A stretch of DNA of 57,752 bases, from assembly GCA_044223005.1 (NCBI GenBank), contig JBGAML010000024.1, positions 1 to 57,752 on the forward strand. Reading direction: 5' to 3'. The position numbers were made by a program, and so were the translations under genes. Below the pieces are notes generated by a model. That model had not been told where the DNA came from and did not search any database. It saw nothing but the letters and a program-made list of their open reading frames with translations. Of the stretch, positions 1-8,570 are shown one piece after another. Each line of letters opens with the position of its first letter. Position 1 is the first letter of the stretch. Source of the stretch: Candidatus Eiseniibacteriota bacterium. Lineage in GTDB: Bacteria; Eisenbacteria; RBG-16-71-46.

Positions 1-987
1 GGCCGCGGGCCCGGGAGCCGTGCCGGCCGCCGGCGTGCGCGTCGTGGCCGCGGTGGGCCGTGCGGGGGCGGGCGCGGGTGCCGTCGCGGCACCGGCGGGC
101 GCGGGCGTGGCCGGGCGCGGCTTCGTGGGCGGCGGCGTCGCGACGCGCCGCGGCTCGTACTCGGTCCGGGGCCTCGGCGCCCGCAGCGAATCCGGCGGCA
201 GCGGGCCGGGCACCACGAACGCCTGGCGCAGGCGCGAGAGCGACGCCGCGGGCCGCAGCTCGATCTCCTGCATGAGCCCGGTCGCGTCCTCGCGCACCGC
301 GCTCACGATGCCGACGGGAACGCCCCGCGGGTATCGCAGCGAGAGGTTCGACGTCACGACGCGCTGCCCGACGCGGACCGTGTCCGCGAGCGGCACCGCG
401 GTGAAGAGCAGCCGCAGCTTCGGCCCCACGGCGACGCGCACGACGCCGTTCACGCCCGTCGTCTCGACCTCGCACGCGACCGCGAGGTTGGGATCCGTGA
501 GCAGCGCCGCGCGCGACAGGTGCGGCCACGACTCGGTGACGCGGCCCGCGAGACCGTCGCGCGTGAGCAGCGCGTCGCCGGGCCGGATGCCCTCCGCCTC
601 GCCGGCGCTGAGCGTCGCGGCGCTCGGCGTCGGGTCGCCCGAGAGCGCGAGCACCTCCACGGGTACCATGGGCAGGCCGCGCCACTCGGGCAGCCCGAGT
701 TGCGCGCGCAGCCGGGCGTTCTCGCTGCCCTGCACGCGCAGCGACGCGTTCTCGGTCTCGAGTTTCGCGATCCGCTCGTGCAGTTCGGTGTTCTCGCGCC
801 ACGCGGCGAACATGCGGTCGCCGGTCAGGACGAGCCGGTCGAAGGGCGCGAACACGAATCCCCCGGCGCCGCGGAGCCAGGCCGCCGGCAGGTGATCGCC
901 CACCACCAGCAGGACCAGCGAAAGCACCGCATAGGTCGTCACCAGGACGACGCTGCGGCGTTCCGCCGGAGGAAGGATGCCGGACAA
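1..987 (-). CDS. mreC: Rod shape-determining protein MreC (3' end runs off the window; not in the ORF track)
   Basis: Manual translation from TTG at 987 (GAAGGA RBS upstream) gives MSGILPPAERRSVVLVTTYAVLSLVLLVV (TM), a coiled coil RENTELHERIAKLETENASLRVQGSENARLRAQLGL, then GIRPGDALLTRDGLAGRV...LLTDPN...VVTSNLSLRYPRGVPVGIV. Directly downstream of mreB. Confidence 0.92.
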   Translation of the reverse strand, partial: MSGILPPAERRSVVLVTTYAVLSLVLLVVGDHLPAAWLRGAGGFVFAPFDRLVLTGDRMFAAWRENTELHERIAKLETENASLRVQGSENARLRAQLGLPEWRGLPMVPVEVLALSGDPTPSAATLSAGEAEGIRPGDALLTRDGLAGRVTESWPHLSRAALLTDPNLAVACEVETTGVNGVVRVAVGPKLRLLFTAVPLADTVRVGQRVVTSNLSLRYPRGVPVGIVSAVREDATGLMQEIELRPAASLSRLRQAFVVPGPLPPDSLRAPRPRTEYEPRRVATPPPTKPRPATPAPAGAATAPAPAPARPTAATTRTPAAGTAPGPAA

Positions 988-1000
988 GGAAGTCCTTCGG

Positions 1001-2038
<1,038 letters not shown>

Positions 2039-2158
2039 CCCTGCCTCTCCGTTCGATCCGGGTGGATTCGGCATTCCATTGGGCACGCGGGAGCCGGGAG
2101 GATGCGGAGCCGAGGAGGAGAGGCCCGGCAAGGCGTCCCTGCCCTGCGAAACTGCCGC

Positions 2159-2188
2159 AAGCTAGCATCCGATCGCGCACTGCGGCAA
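2159..2188 (-). promoter_or_regulatory. Putative sigma70 promoter for mreBC
   Basis: Minus strand TTGCCG-N18-TAGCTT with an extended -10 TG. Confidence 0.45.
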
Positions 2189-2309
2189 GCCATTGGGCGG
2201 TACCGCCCGAACGTGGGCCGGTCCACCCCGTTCCCCGCCGTCGCCCGGGCGGGCCGGGGCGCAAGTTATTTGTGCGCGCGGGGGGCTTCGCGGGTATGGC
2301 ATATTGGAA

Positions 2310-2326
2310 TGGCACGTCTCGTGCCC
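2310..2326 (+). promoter_or_regulatory. Putative sigma54 (-24/-12) promoter for the barrel/lipoprotein operon
   Basis: TGGCACGTCTCGTGC fits GG-N10-GC with a consensus TGGCACG -24 element, about 60 nt before ATG 2383. The site is a palindrome (GGCACG-TCT-CGTGCC). Confidence 0.55.
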
Positions 2327-2382
2327 TGCTGAGGGGTGTCACCGCGCCCCCCGAGACCCGACGGAGTCCTTCACAGCCAGGC

Positions 2383-4521
2383 ATGGCCCGCTTCCCGCGC
2401 CTCACCCTCCTGCTGCTCCCCGCCGCCGCGATGGTCCTGGCGCTCGCCCTCCCGGGCCGGGCGCAGCAGGCGGACGCGCAGCGTTCCGCCCGGTACGCAT
2501 TCGCGGACACGACGCTGCTGCGGGACACCCTGAACCTGCACTTCGACGGCATCTTCCCCACCGCCGACAGCCTGCAGCTGACGCCCGACACCCTGCGGGC
2601 GCTCATGATCCGCTACCGCATGACGCTGCCTCGGATCCTCAAGCTCGCCGACAGCCTCTCGGTCCCGGTGGACAGCGTCGGCCCAGTGATGCTGCGCGAG
2701 CTGTTCAACCCGCTCGCCAATCGCGGCGCGCATGCCAAGCCCGTGACCGATTTCCAGTACACGAGCGGCTACGACATCCAGCGTTCGAGCACGACGTGGA
2801 CCAACGGCTCGACCTACCGCATGACGCGCGGGCCGACGTACCTCAACAACACGACCAACATCGAGCTCCAGCGCATCACGTCGACGGGGATCACCAACTT
2901 CCGCCAGAACCGCACCGCGTCGACCGAGGCCGGCTTCACGCCGAGCAAGAACTTCTCGCTCGGCGGCCGCTCCGAGCAGCTGCGCTACTTCTATGTCGAC
3001 CCCGGCGCGTCGACGACCCAGGACGAGAACAAGAACGAATACAGCCTCACCGCCCGCCTCTCCCGGCGCAACAAGGTCACGCAGACCGAGGGCAACGTGA
3101 AGACGGGCTGGCTCGACGACAACAACGTGACCGGCATCAAGAAGGGCTTCTCGGGCAGCGCCGACGGCCGATTCCGCGTCCAGAAGGGGCAGTCGTTCAC
3201 GCACGACCTGAGCGGTTCGGTGTCGGGAAACATCGCCCGCACGCGCCTGCCCACCGAGGTGCTCGAGAAGCGCACGCGCGACCTCGCGACCAACCTGCGC
3301 GGGGCGCTCACGCTGTACGCGAACTCGCCCGTGAGCCTCAACGCCAACTACGGCCTGCGCAACTCCCGGGTCGAGACGCCGACCGATTCGGGGACGATCA
3401 ACACCATCCTGACGCGGAGCAACAGCGCCGACGGCACGTTGCGGCTGCGCCGGGACAACGACCGCTACCTCAACGTGAACGGCGGGGTCACCAGCTCGCA
3501 GAACCAGAACGGCACGCGCGTCGAGGGTTCGGGCAAGGCGCAGCTGCGTTGGACGCTGTCCGGCGCGGCGCTGGACATGAGCTTCAACGAGACGCGCGCC
3601 CACGCGAACTACCCGCGGCAGCGCAGCAGCGGCGGCTACTTCGAGCACAGCCTCGTGCGCAGCGCGGACGGCCAGCTCGTCCGGGCGCTGGGGCCGAAGT
3701 TCGTCTCCAAGCTCCTCGGCAGCATCGCCCTCGAGCAGTACCGCTACTCCCGGCTCTCGCCCCTCGCCACGCTGCCCACCACGCGCGACGCATACCGGCA
3801 GCTGTACCGGGGCGAGCTGAACTGGAACCCGTCGCAGAAGATGACGAGCGGCGTCGTCATGCAGGTCTCGCTCACGCGCGGCATCAACATCGCCGCGCTC
3901 AGCACCGGCGCCAACAACGACGTCCGCTCCTACCGCGGGGAGTGGCGGTGGAACTACGTCGCGCTCAAGTCGCTCACGATCACGCAGAACAACATGATCA
4001 CCGCCGACTACTCGCGCTACCCCTTCGCCCCGGCCAGCAACACGCTCGCGCTGGGGCACAACACGGCGACCTCGCTGTCCGCGCGGCTGCCGTCCAACCT
4101 CTACGTCGACGTGCAGCACAACACGTCCCGCCTGCCGCGCGGCAGCTTCCTGCGCGCCCTGGACGGCTTCGACTACCTGCAGCTCTCGGACGAGTCGCAG
4201 AACGCCACGCTCAGCGCGTCGCTGCGCTACCAGCCGTGGTCGAGCCTGGGTTTCCACGCCGAACCCCGCTACCAGTCCAGCGATCGTTCGGGAACGGTCA
4301 ATGGTTCGCAGCAGAAGCAGCGCGGCGACAAACGGCTGGACTTCTCGGGCGGCGTGGACCTGAATTATCGGGTGGGTCGCACGGGACAGCTGACCGGCCG
4401 AGTGAGCCGGACGTACACGGACCAGCGCACGGTGACCTATTCCAACGGGCTCGGGACCTTCTCGCCGCGATCCGAGTCGGACTTCTGGCAGGGCAGCCTG
4501 CAGCTCATGTGGAGCCTCTGA
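2383..4521 (+). CDS. Uncharacterised large outer-membrane beta-barrel protein (~712 aa)
   Basis: Signal peptide MARFPRLTLLLLPAAAMVLALALPGRA. Body rich in S/T/N/G/R/Y with alternating amphipathic strands. Ends in a barrel-like strand WQGSLQLMWSL. Confidence 0.7.
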   Translation: MARFPRLTLLLLPAAAMVLALALPGRAQQADAQRSARYAFADTTLLRDTLNLHFDGIFPTADSLQLTPDTLRALMIRYRMTLPRILKLADSLSVPVDSVGPVMLRELFNPLANRGAHAKPVTDFQYTSGYDIQRSSTTWTNGSTYRMTRGPTYLNNTTNIELQRITSTGITNFRQNRTASTEAGFTPSKNFSLGGRSEQLRYFYVDPGASTTQDENKNEYSLTARLSRRNKVTQTEGNVKTGWLDDNNVTGIKKGFSGSADGRFRVQKGQSFTHDLSGSVSGNIARTRLPTEVLEKRTRDLATNLRGALTLYANSPVSLNANYGLRNSRVETPTDSGTINTILTRSNSADGTLRLRRDNDRYLNVNGGVTSSQNQNGTRVEGSGKAQLRWTLSGAALDMSFNETRAHANYPRQRSSGGYFEHSLVRSADGQLVRALGPKFVSKLLGSIALEQYRYSRLSPLATLPTTRDAYRQLYRGELNWNPSQKMTSGVVMQVSLTRGINIAALSTGANNDVRSYRGEWRWNYVALKSLTITQNNMITADYSRYPFAPASNTLALGHNTATSLSARLPSNLYVDVQHNTSRLPRGSFLRALDGFDYLQLSDESQNATLSASLRYQPWSSLGFHAEPRYQSSDRSGTVNGSQQKQRGDKRLDFSGGVDLNYRVGRTGQLTGRVSRTYTDQRTVTYSNGLGTFSPRSESDFWQGSLQLMWSL

Positions 4522-5195
4522 TGTCGATGCGACGCGCCGCGGGCGCTCTCCTCGTCCTCGCCCTCGGGCTCGTGCTCGCCGGGTGCCTCAACCCGTTCCA
4601 GCCGGCGAAGCCCGAACCGCCCAAGGGCACGGTGCTCACGGTCAACCACTCGAGCCCCGACACGCTGATGACGTCGATCATGATCGCGATCGACGCCCGC
4701 AGCGACGCCGGCCGCGCGGCCTACCTCGATGCGCTGGCGGACTCGACCGACGCCAGCACGTTCGGGTTCGTGGCGCTGCTCTCGGCGCCCGTCGTCGCGA
4801 GCTGGTCGGGTGCGCTGCCCGGCGCGTGGAACAAGGCGCTCGAGTCGCGTCTCTACGAATACCTGCAGTCGACGCTGTATCCCGGCTACTACTTCGATTT
4901 CTCCTGGCTCAAGGACGAGGACGAGCCCATCGACATCGAGATGACCGACGAGACGGCGGGGCTGGCGATCCGCCGCAGCCGCTACCAGCTCGTCGCGACC
5001 TCTCCCACCTCGGGCGACACGCGCACGGTGGCCACGGGATTCGCCGACCTGTATTTCCAGAAGGTGAACAGCAAGTGGTACATCTACCGCTGGGACGATC
5101 GCTACGACCCCAAGATCGGCGTCGTGCCCACGTCGGATCCGGATCTTCGATCCATGACGTACCGCCGGCTCGATTCCAACGCGAACGGCCACTGA
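4521..5195 (+). CDS. Uncharacterised lipoprotein (paralog 1)
   Basis: TGATG overlap with the upstream stop. Lipobox VLAG-C, then LNPFQP. C-terminal KWYIYRWDD motif. Confidence 0.8.
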   Translation: MSMRRAAGALLVLALGLVLAGCLNPFQPAKPEPPKGTVLTVNHSSPDTLMTSIMIAIDARSDAGRAAYLDALADSTDASTFGFVALLSAPVVASWSGALPGAWNKALESRLYEYLQSTLYPGYYFDFSWLKDEDEPIDIEMTDETAGLAIRRSRYQLVATSPTSGDTRTVATGFADLYFQKVNSKWYIYRWDDRYDPKIGVVPTSDPDLRSMTYRRLDSNANGH

Positions 5196-5944
5196 TGGGG
5201 GTGACTCGCATGCGCCGTACCGGCCTCCTCGCCTTGCTCCTCGCGATCACCTTCGCCGTGGGCGCCGCCGGCTGCTTCAACCCGTTCAGCCCGCGGGTCT
5301 CGACCGAGCGCGTGGCCTCCACGCCCGCGCCGGCTCCGAACTCGCCGCAAAACGTGATCCGGCTGTTCGCATGGTGCTGGCAGAACCGCGACCCCGCGCT
5401 CTATTCCGAGATCTTCACGGCCGACTACAGCTTCGTGTTCGCCGCGAACGATTCCGCCGGCAACGCCTACCGCGACAGCCCGTGGATCCGCGACGACGAG
5501 ATGTCGATGTCCGAGCACATGTTTCAGGGCGGCACGAACCAGCCGCCCGCGAGCGACATCCAGATCACGATCGACAACCTGCTCGTGCCGCAGCCCGACA
5601 CGCGGCCGGGTCGAAACCCGACCTACCACAAGTCCATCTCGACGTCGGTGAACCTCAAGGTCACCTTCGACCGCAACGGCACCCCGGACGTGTGGACGAT
5701 CAACGGCCGTGCGCTCTTCTACGTGGTTCGTGGCGACTCGGCCATGATTCCCGAGGAGCTCAAGGCGAAGGGCTTCAAGGCGGATCCGACCCGGTGGTGG
5801 ATCGAGCGCTGGGAGGACCAGACGGCGGGCAACCTGGCGAACCTGCCCGGCCCGATCGACCTGGCGCGGGCCCGCCACGTGACGATCACGACGCTGGCCC
5901 CCGGCGAGGTGACCTTCGGCGCCCTGAAGTCCGCCTTCCGCTGA
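5195..5944 (+). CDS. Uncharacterised lipoprotein (paralog 2), possible NTF2/SnoaL-like fold
   Basis: TGATG overlap. Lipobox GAAG-C, then FNPFSP. SPQNVIRLFAWCWQNRDPALYSEIFTADYSF resembles NTF2-like N-termini. C-terminal RWWIERWED motif. Confidence 0.8.
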   Translation: MGVTRMRRTGLLALLLAITFAVGAAGCFNPFSPRVSTERVASTPAPAPNSPQNVIRLFAWCWQNRDPALYSEIFTADYSFVFAANDSAGNAYRDSPWIRDDEMSMSEHMFQGGTNQPPASDIQITIDNLLVPQPDTRPGRNPTYHKSISTSVNLKVTFDRNGTPDVWTINGRALFYVVRGDSAMIPEELKAKGFKADPTRWWIERWEDQTAGNLANLPGPIDLARARHVTITTLAPGEVTFGALKSAFR

Positions 5945-5963
5945 TTCCCGGGACGTTCGCGAC

Positions 5964-5994
5964 GGGCCCGCGGGGACGCCCCGCGGGCCCTTTC
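5964..5994 (+). terminator. Intrinsic terminator of the barrel/lipoprotein operon
   Basis: GGGCCCGCGGGG-acg-CCCCGCGGGCCC followed by TTTC. Confidence 0.75.
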
Positions 5995-6024
5995 GCGTGC
6001 CGGGCGGCCCCCCCGGACGCCGTC

Positions 6025-6054
6025 TTGTTCGGCCGTGAAGCTGCTGGATATACT
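6025..6054 (+). promoter_or_regulatory. Putative sigma70 promoter for gdh
   Basis: TTGTTC-N18-TATACT about 100 nt before the start codon. Confidence 0.45.
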
Positions 6055-6156
6055 GCCCCGCGTTCTTCCGTCCATCCTTCCCACGCGCTCCGTGGCCGCA
6101 CGTCCGCGGAGCGTTCCTATCGTCGGCGCGAACCTCGTTCGCGCCAGGAGGTCCGA

Positions 6157-7419
6157 ATGGCAGCGGGTGCCAACACGCAACTCAATCCCCTGGAGAACGC
6201 CGAGCGACAGTTCGACGAGGCAGCCGCCCGGCTGGGCCTCGACGCCGGCGTCAAGGAGATGCTGAAGCGCCCGCGCCGCGCCACGATCCAGAGCCTGCCG
6301 ATCCCCATGGACGATGGCTCGATCCGCGTCTTCACGGGCTACCGCGTGCAGCACTCGATCGCCCGCGGCCCCGCCAAGGGCGGCATCCGGTTCCACCAGG
6401 ACGTGACGCTCGACGAAGTCGCCGCACTCGCCTCGTGGATGACCTGGAAATGCGCCGTGGCCGACATCCCGTTCGGCGGCGGCAAGGGCGGCATCGTCGT
6501 GGATCCGCGCACGCTGTCCGCGCGTGAGCTCGAGCGCCTCACCCGCCGCTACGCGGCCGACCTCTCCGACGTCTTCGGCCCCGACAGTGACGTCCCGGCG
6601 CCGGACGTGAACACGGGCGAGCGCGAGATGGCGTGGTTCGTCGACACGTACTCCATGCATTCGCGCCGCACCGAATACGCCGTCGTGACGGGCAAGCCGC
6701 TCGAAGTGGGCGGCTCGGCCGGCCGCCGCGAAGCCACCGGCCGCGGCGTCATGATCTGCATCGAGCAGATGTGCAAGCACCTCGGCATGCCCTTGAAGGG
6801 CGCGAAGGTCGCGGTGCAGGGCTTCGGCAACGTCGGCGGCGTCGCGGCCGACCTGCTGGCGCGCGAGTGCGGCGCCACGATCGTGGCGGCCTCGGACGTT
6901 TCGGGAGCGATCCACAACCCCGCTGGTCTCGACGTGAAGGCGCTCCTGCAGCACGTGCAGGCGACGCGCGGCGTGGCGGGCTTCGCCGGCGGCCAGCCGC
7001 TCAGCGGCTCGATCCTCGAGTACGACTGCGACATCCTGGTCCCGGCCGCGCTCGAGAACCAGATCACGGGCGAGAACGCGTCCCGGATCAAGGCGAAGAT
7101 CATCGGCGAGGGCGCCAACGGCCCCACCACGCCGGACGCCGACAAGGTGCTCGACGGGCGCGGCGCCTGGGTGATCCCGGACATCCTCTGCAACTCGGGT
7201 GGCGTCACGGTGAGCTACTTCGAGTGGGTGCAGAACCGCATGGGCTTCTACTGGATGGAGGACGAGGTGAACGGCCGGCTCCGCGAGAAGATGGAGCACG
7301 CGTTCGCGGACGTGCTCCAGACCGCGGTGCGCGAGAAGTGCTCGCTCCGCATCGCCGCCTACATGGTGGCGATCCAGCGCGTGCTGAAGGTGCACCAGCT
7401 GCGCGGCATGTACGCCTGA
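6157..7419 (+). CDS. gdhA: Glu/Leu/Phe/Val dehydrogenase, probably glutamate dehydrogenase
   Basis: GYRVQHS..RGPAKGGIRFH, MTWKCAV..IPFGGGKGG, DVPAPDVNT, VAVQGFGNVG, EGANGPTT, GGVTVSYFEWVQN. RBS CAGGAG before ATG 6157. Confidence 0.95.
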   Translation: MAAGANTQLNPLENAERQFDEAAARLGLDAGVKEMLKRPRRATIQSLPIPMDDGSIRVFTGYRVQHSIARGPAKGGIRFHQDVTLDEVAALASWMTWKCAVADIPFGGGKGGIVVDPRTLSARELERLTRRYAADLSDVFGPDSDVPAPDVNTGEREMAWFVDTYSMHSRRTEYAVVTGKPLEVGGSAGRREATGRGVMICIEQMCKHLGMPLKGAKVAVQGFGNVGGVAADLLARECGATIVAASDVSGAIHNPAGLDVKALLQHVQATRGVAGFAGGQPLSGSILEYDCDILVPAALENQITGENASRIKAKIIGEGANGPTTPDADKVLDGRGAWVIPDILCNSGGVTVSYFEWVQNRMGFYWMEDEVNGRLREKMEHAFADVLQTAVREKCSLRIAAYMVAIQRVLKVHQLRGMYA

Positions 7420-7442
7420 GCGCTGCCCCGCTCCGAAACACT

Positions 7443-7474
7443 CGAGGCCCGGTCCCCGTGGGGACCGGGCCTCG
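7443..7474. terminator. Hairpin between convergent gdhA and PorV-like genes
   Basis: CGAGGCCCGGTCCCC-gt-GGGGACCGGGCCTCG, a perfect inverted repeat. Confidence 0.75.
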
Positions 7475-7492
7475 GTGCTTTCCGCGCGAGGT

Positions 7493-8518
7493 CTAGAACG
7501 TCAGGCCCAGCGAGAACATCTGCACGTCGTCGAAGTAGCCGCCGTGCACCGGCTGTCCGGCCCAGTCCAGCTGCAAGTGCGAGGAACCCAGCGGCAGCTT
7601 GACGCCGACGCCGTAGCTGTACTGGAACATCGCGTCGGACGAACCGTCGTACGCGTAGCCACCGCGCAGCGAGAGCATCTTGCGCAGCGTCCACTCCGCG
7701 CCGACGCGGCCGACGTCGTTGCCGAAGCTGTTGCTGTTGTACGCCCCGTAGACGTTGAACGAGTTCACGCCCCGCACGATCGGCAGGCCGAGCGAGAACT
7801 GCAGCGACGTCGGGAGCTCGTATTCCGCGGACTCCGTGGAAACGTTCCGGCCGGTGGACTGCGGATCGCTTCCGGGGATCTGCGTGATGAACTCGAAGTC
7901 CGTCCCCGAGAAGGCCATGTTCGGCCCGATGTTCTTGACCGTCACGCCCAGCCGGGACCCGTGGATGCCGGTGTCGTACTGGAACCCGAAGTCGAAAGCC
8001 GCGCCCGCCGACGTCTCCTGGAGGATCTTCTCGGAGACGTAGTAGAGCGTGCCGCCGAAGTTGACGCGGTCGGTCATCGCCTTGGCATAGGTGACGCCCA
8101 GCGTCGTGTAGGTCGGCGAGAAGATCGACCCGGTGCCGTCCGGAGCCGACTCCGTCGTCTCGACGATGTCGCCGACGCTCAGCACCTTGGCGCTGACCCC
8201 CAGCGTGCCGAAGTCACCCATCGACTGCGTCACGCCGAAATAGTTGACCTGCATGTTCGCGATGTAGCGGGTATTGCTGAACATCACCTCGGTCTTGTTC
8301 GGCGACGCCGCCGCCCCCGACGGATTGTAGAAAAGGGCTTCGGCACCGCTGACCAGGGCGAGATCCGAGCCGGCGAGCGCGAAGCTGCGCGCCCCGACGG
8401 GAAGCCGCAACTCGGGCGCACCGCTCGTGCCGAGGCGGCCGAGGGATCCGGCGCCCGCGACCCCGGCGATCAGGCTGAGGGCGGCCACGGCGACCGCCAG
8501 ATATCGGAAGGCCTTCAT
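7493..8518 (-). CDS. PorV/PorQ-family (FadL-like) outer-membrane barrel
   Basis: Signal peptide, family motif ELRLPVGARSFALAG...AEALFYNPSG, AFDFGFQY, GVTVKNIG, ELPTSLQFSL, C-terminal FSLGLTF. RBS CAGGAG before ATG 8518. Confidence 0.85.
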   Translation of the reverse strand: MKAFRYLAVAVAALSLIAGVAGAGSLGRLGTSGAPELRLPVGARSFALAGSDLALVSGAEALFYNPSGAAASPNKTEVMFSNTRYIANMQVNYFGVTQSMGDFGTLGVSAKVLSVGDIVETTESAPDGTGSIFSPTYTTLGVTYAKAMTDRVNFGGTLYYVSEKILQETSAGAAFDFGFQYDTGIHGSRLGVTVKNIGPNMAFSGTDFEFITQIPGSDPQSTGRNVSTESAEYELPTSLQFSLGLPIVRGVNSFNVYGAYNSNSFGNDVGRVGAEWTLRKMLSLRGGYAYDGSSDAMFQYSYGVGVKLPLGSSHLQLDWAGQPVHGGYFDDVQMFSLGLTF

Positions 8519-8570
8519 GATGGCTGTCTCCTGTCGTTCACGGTTGGGTCGGTTCATGTGAGTGTGGGCC

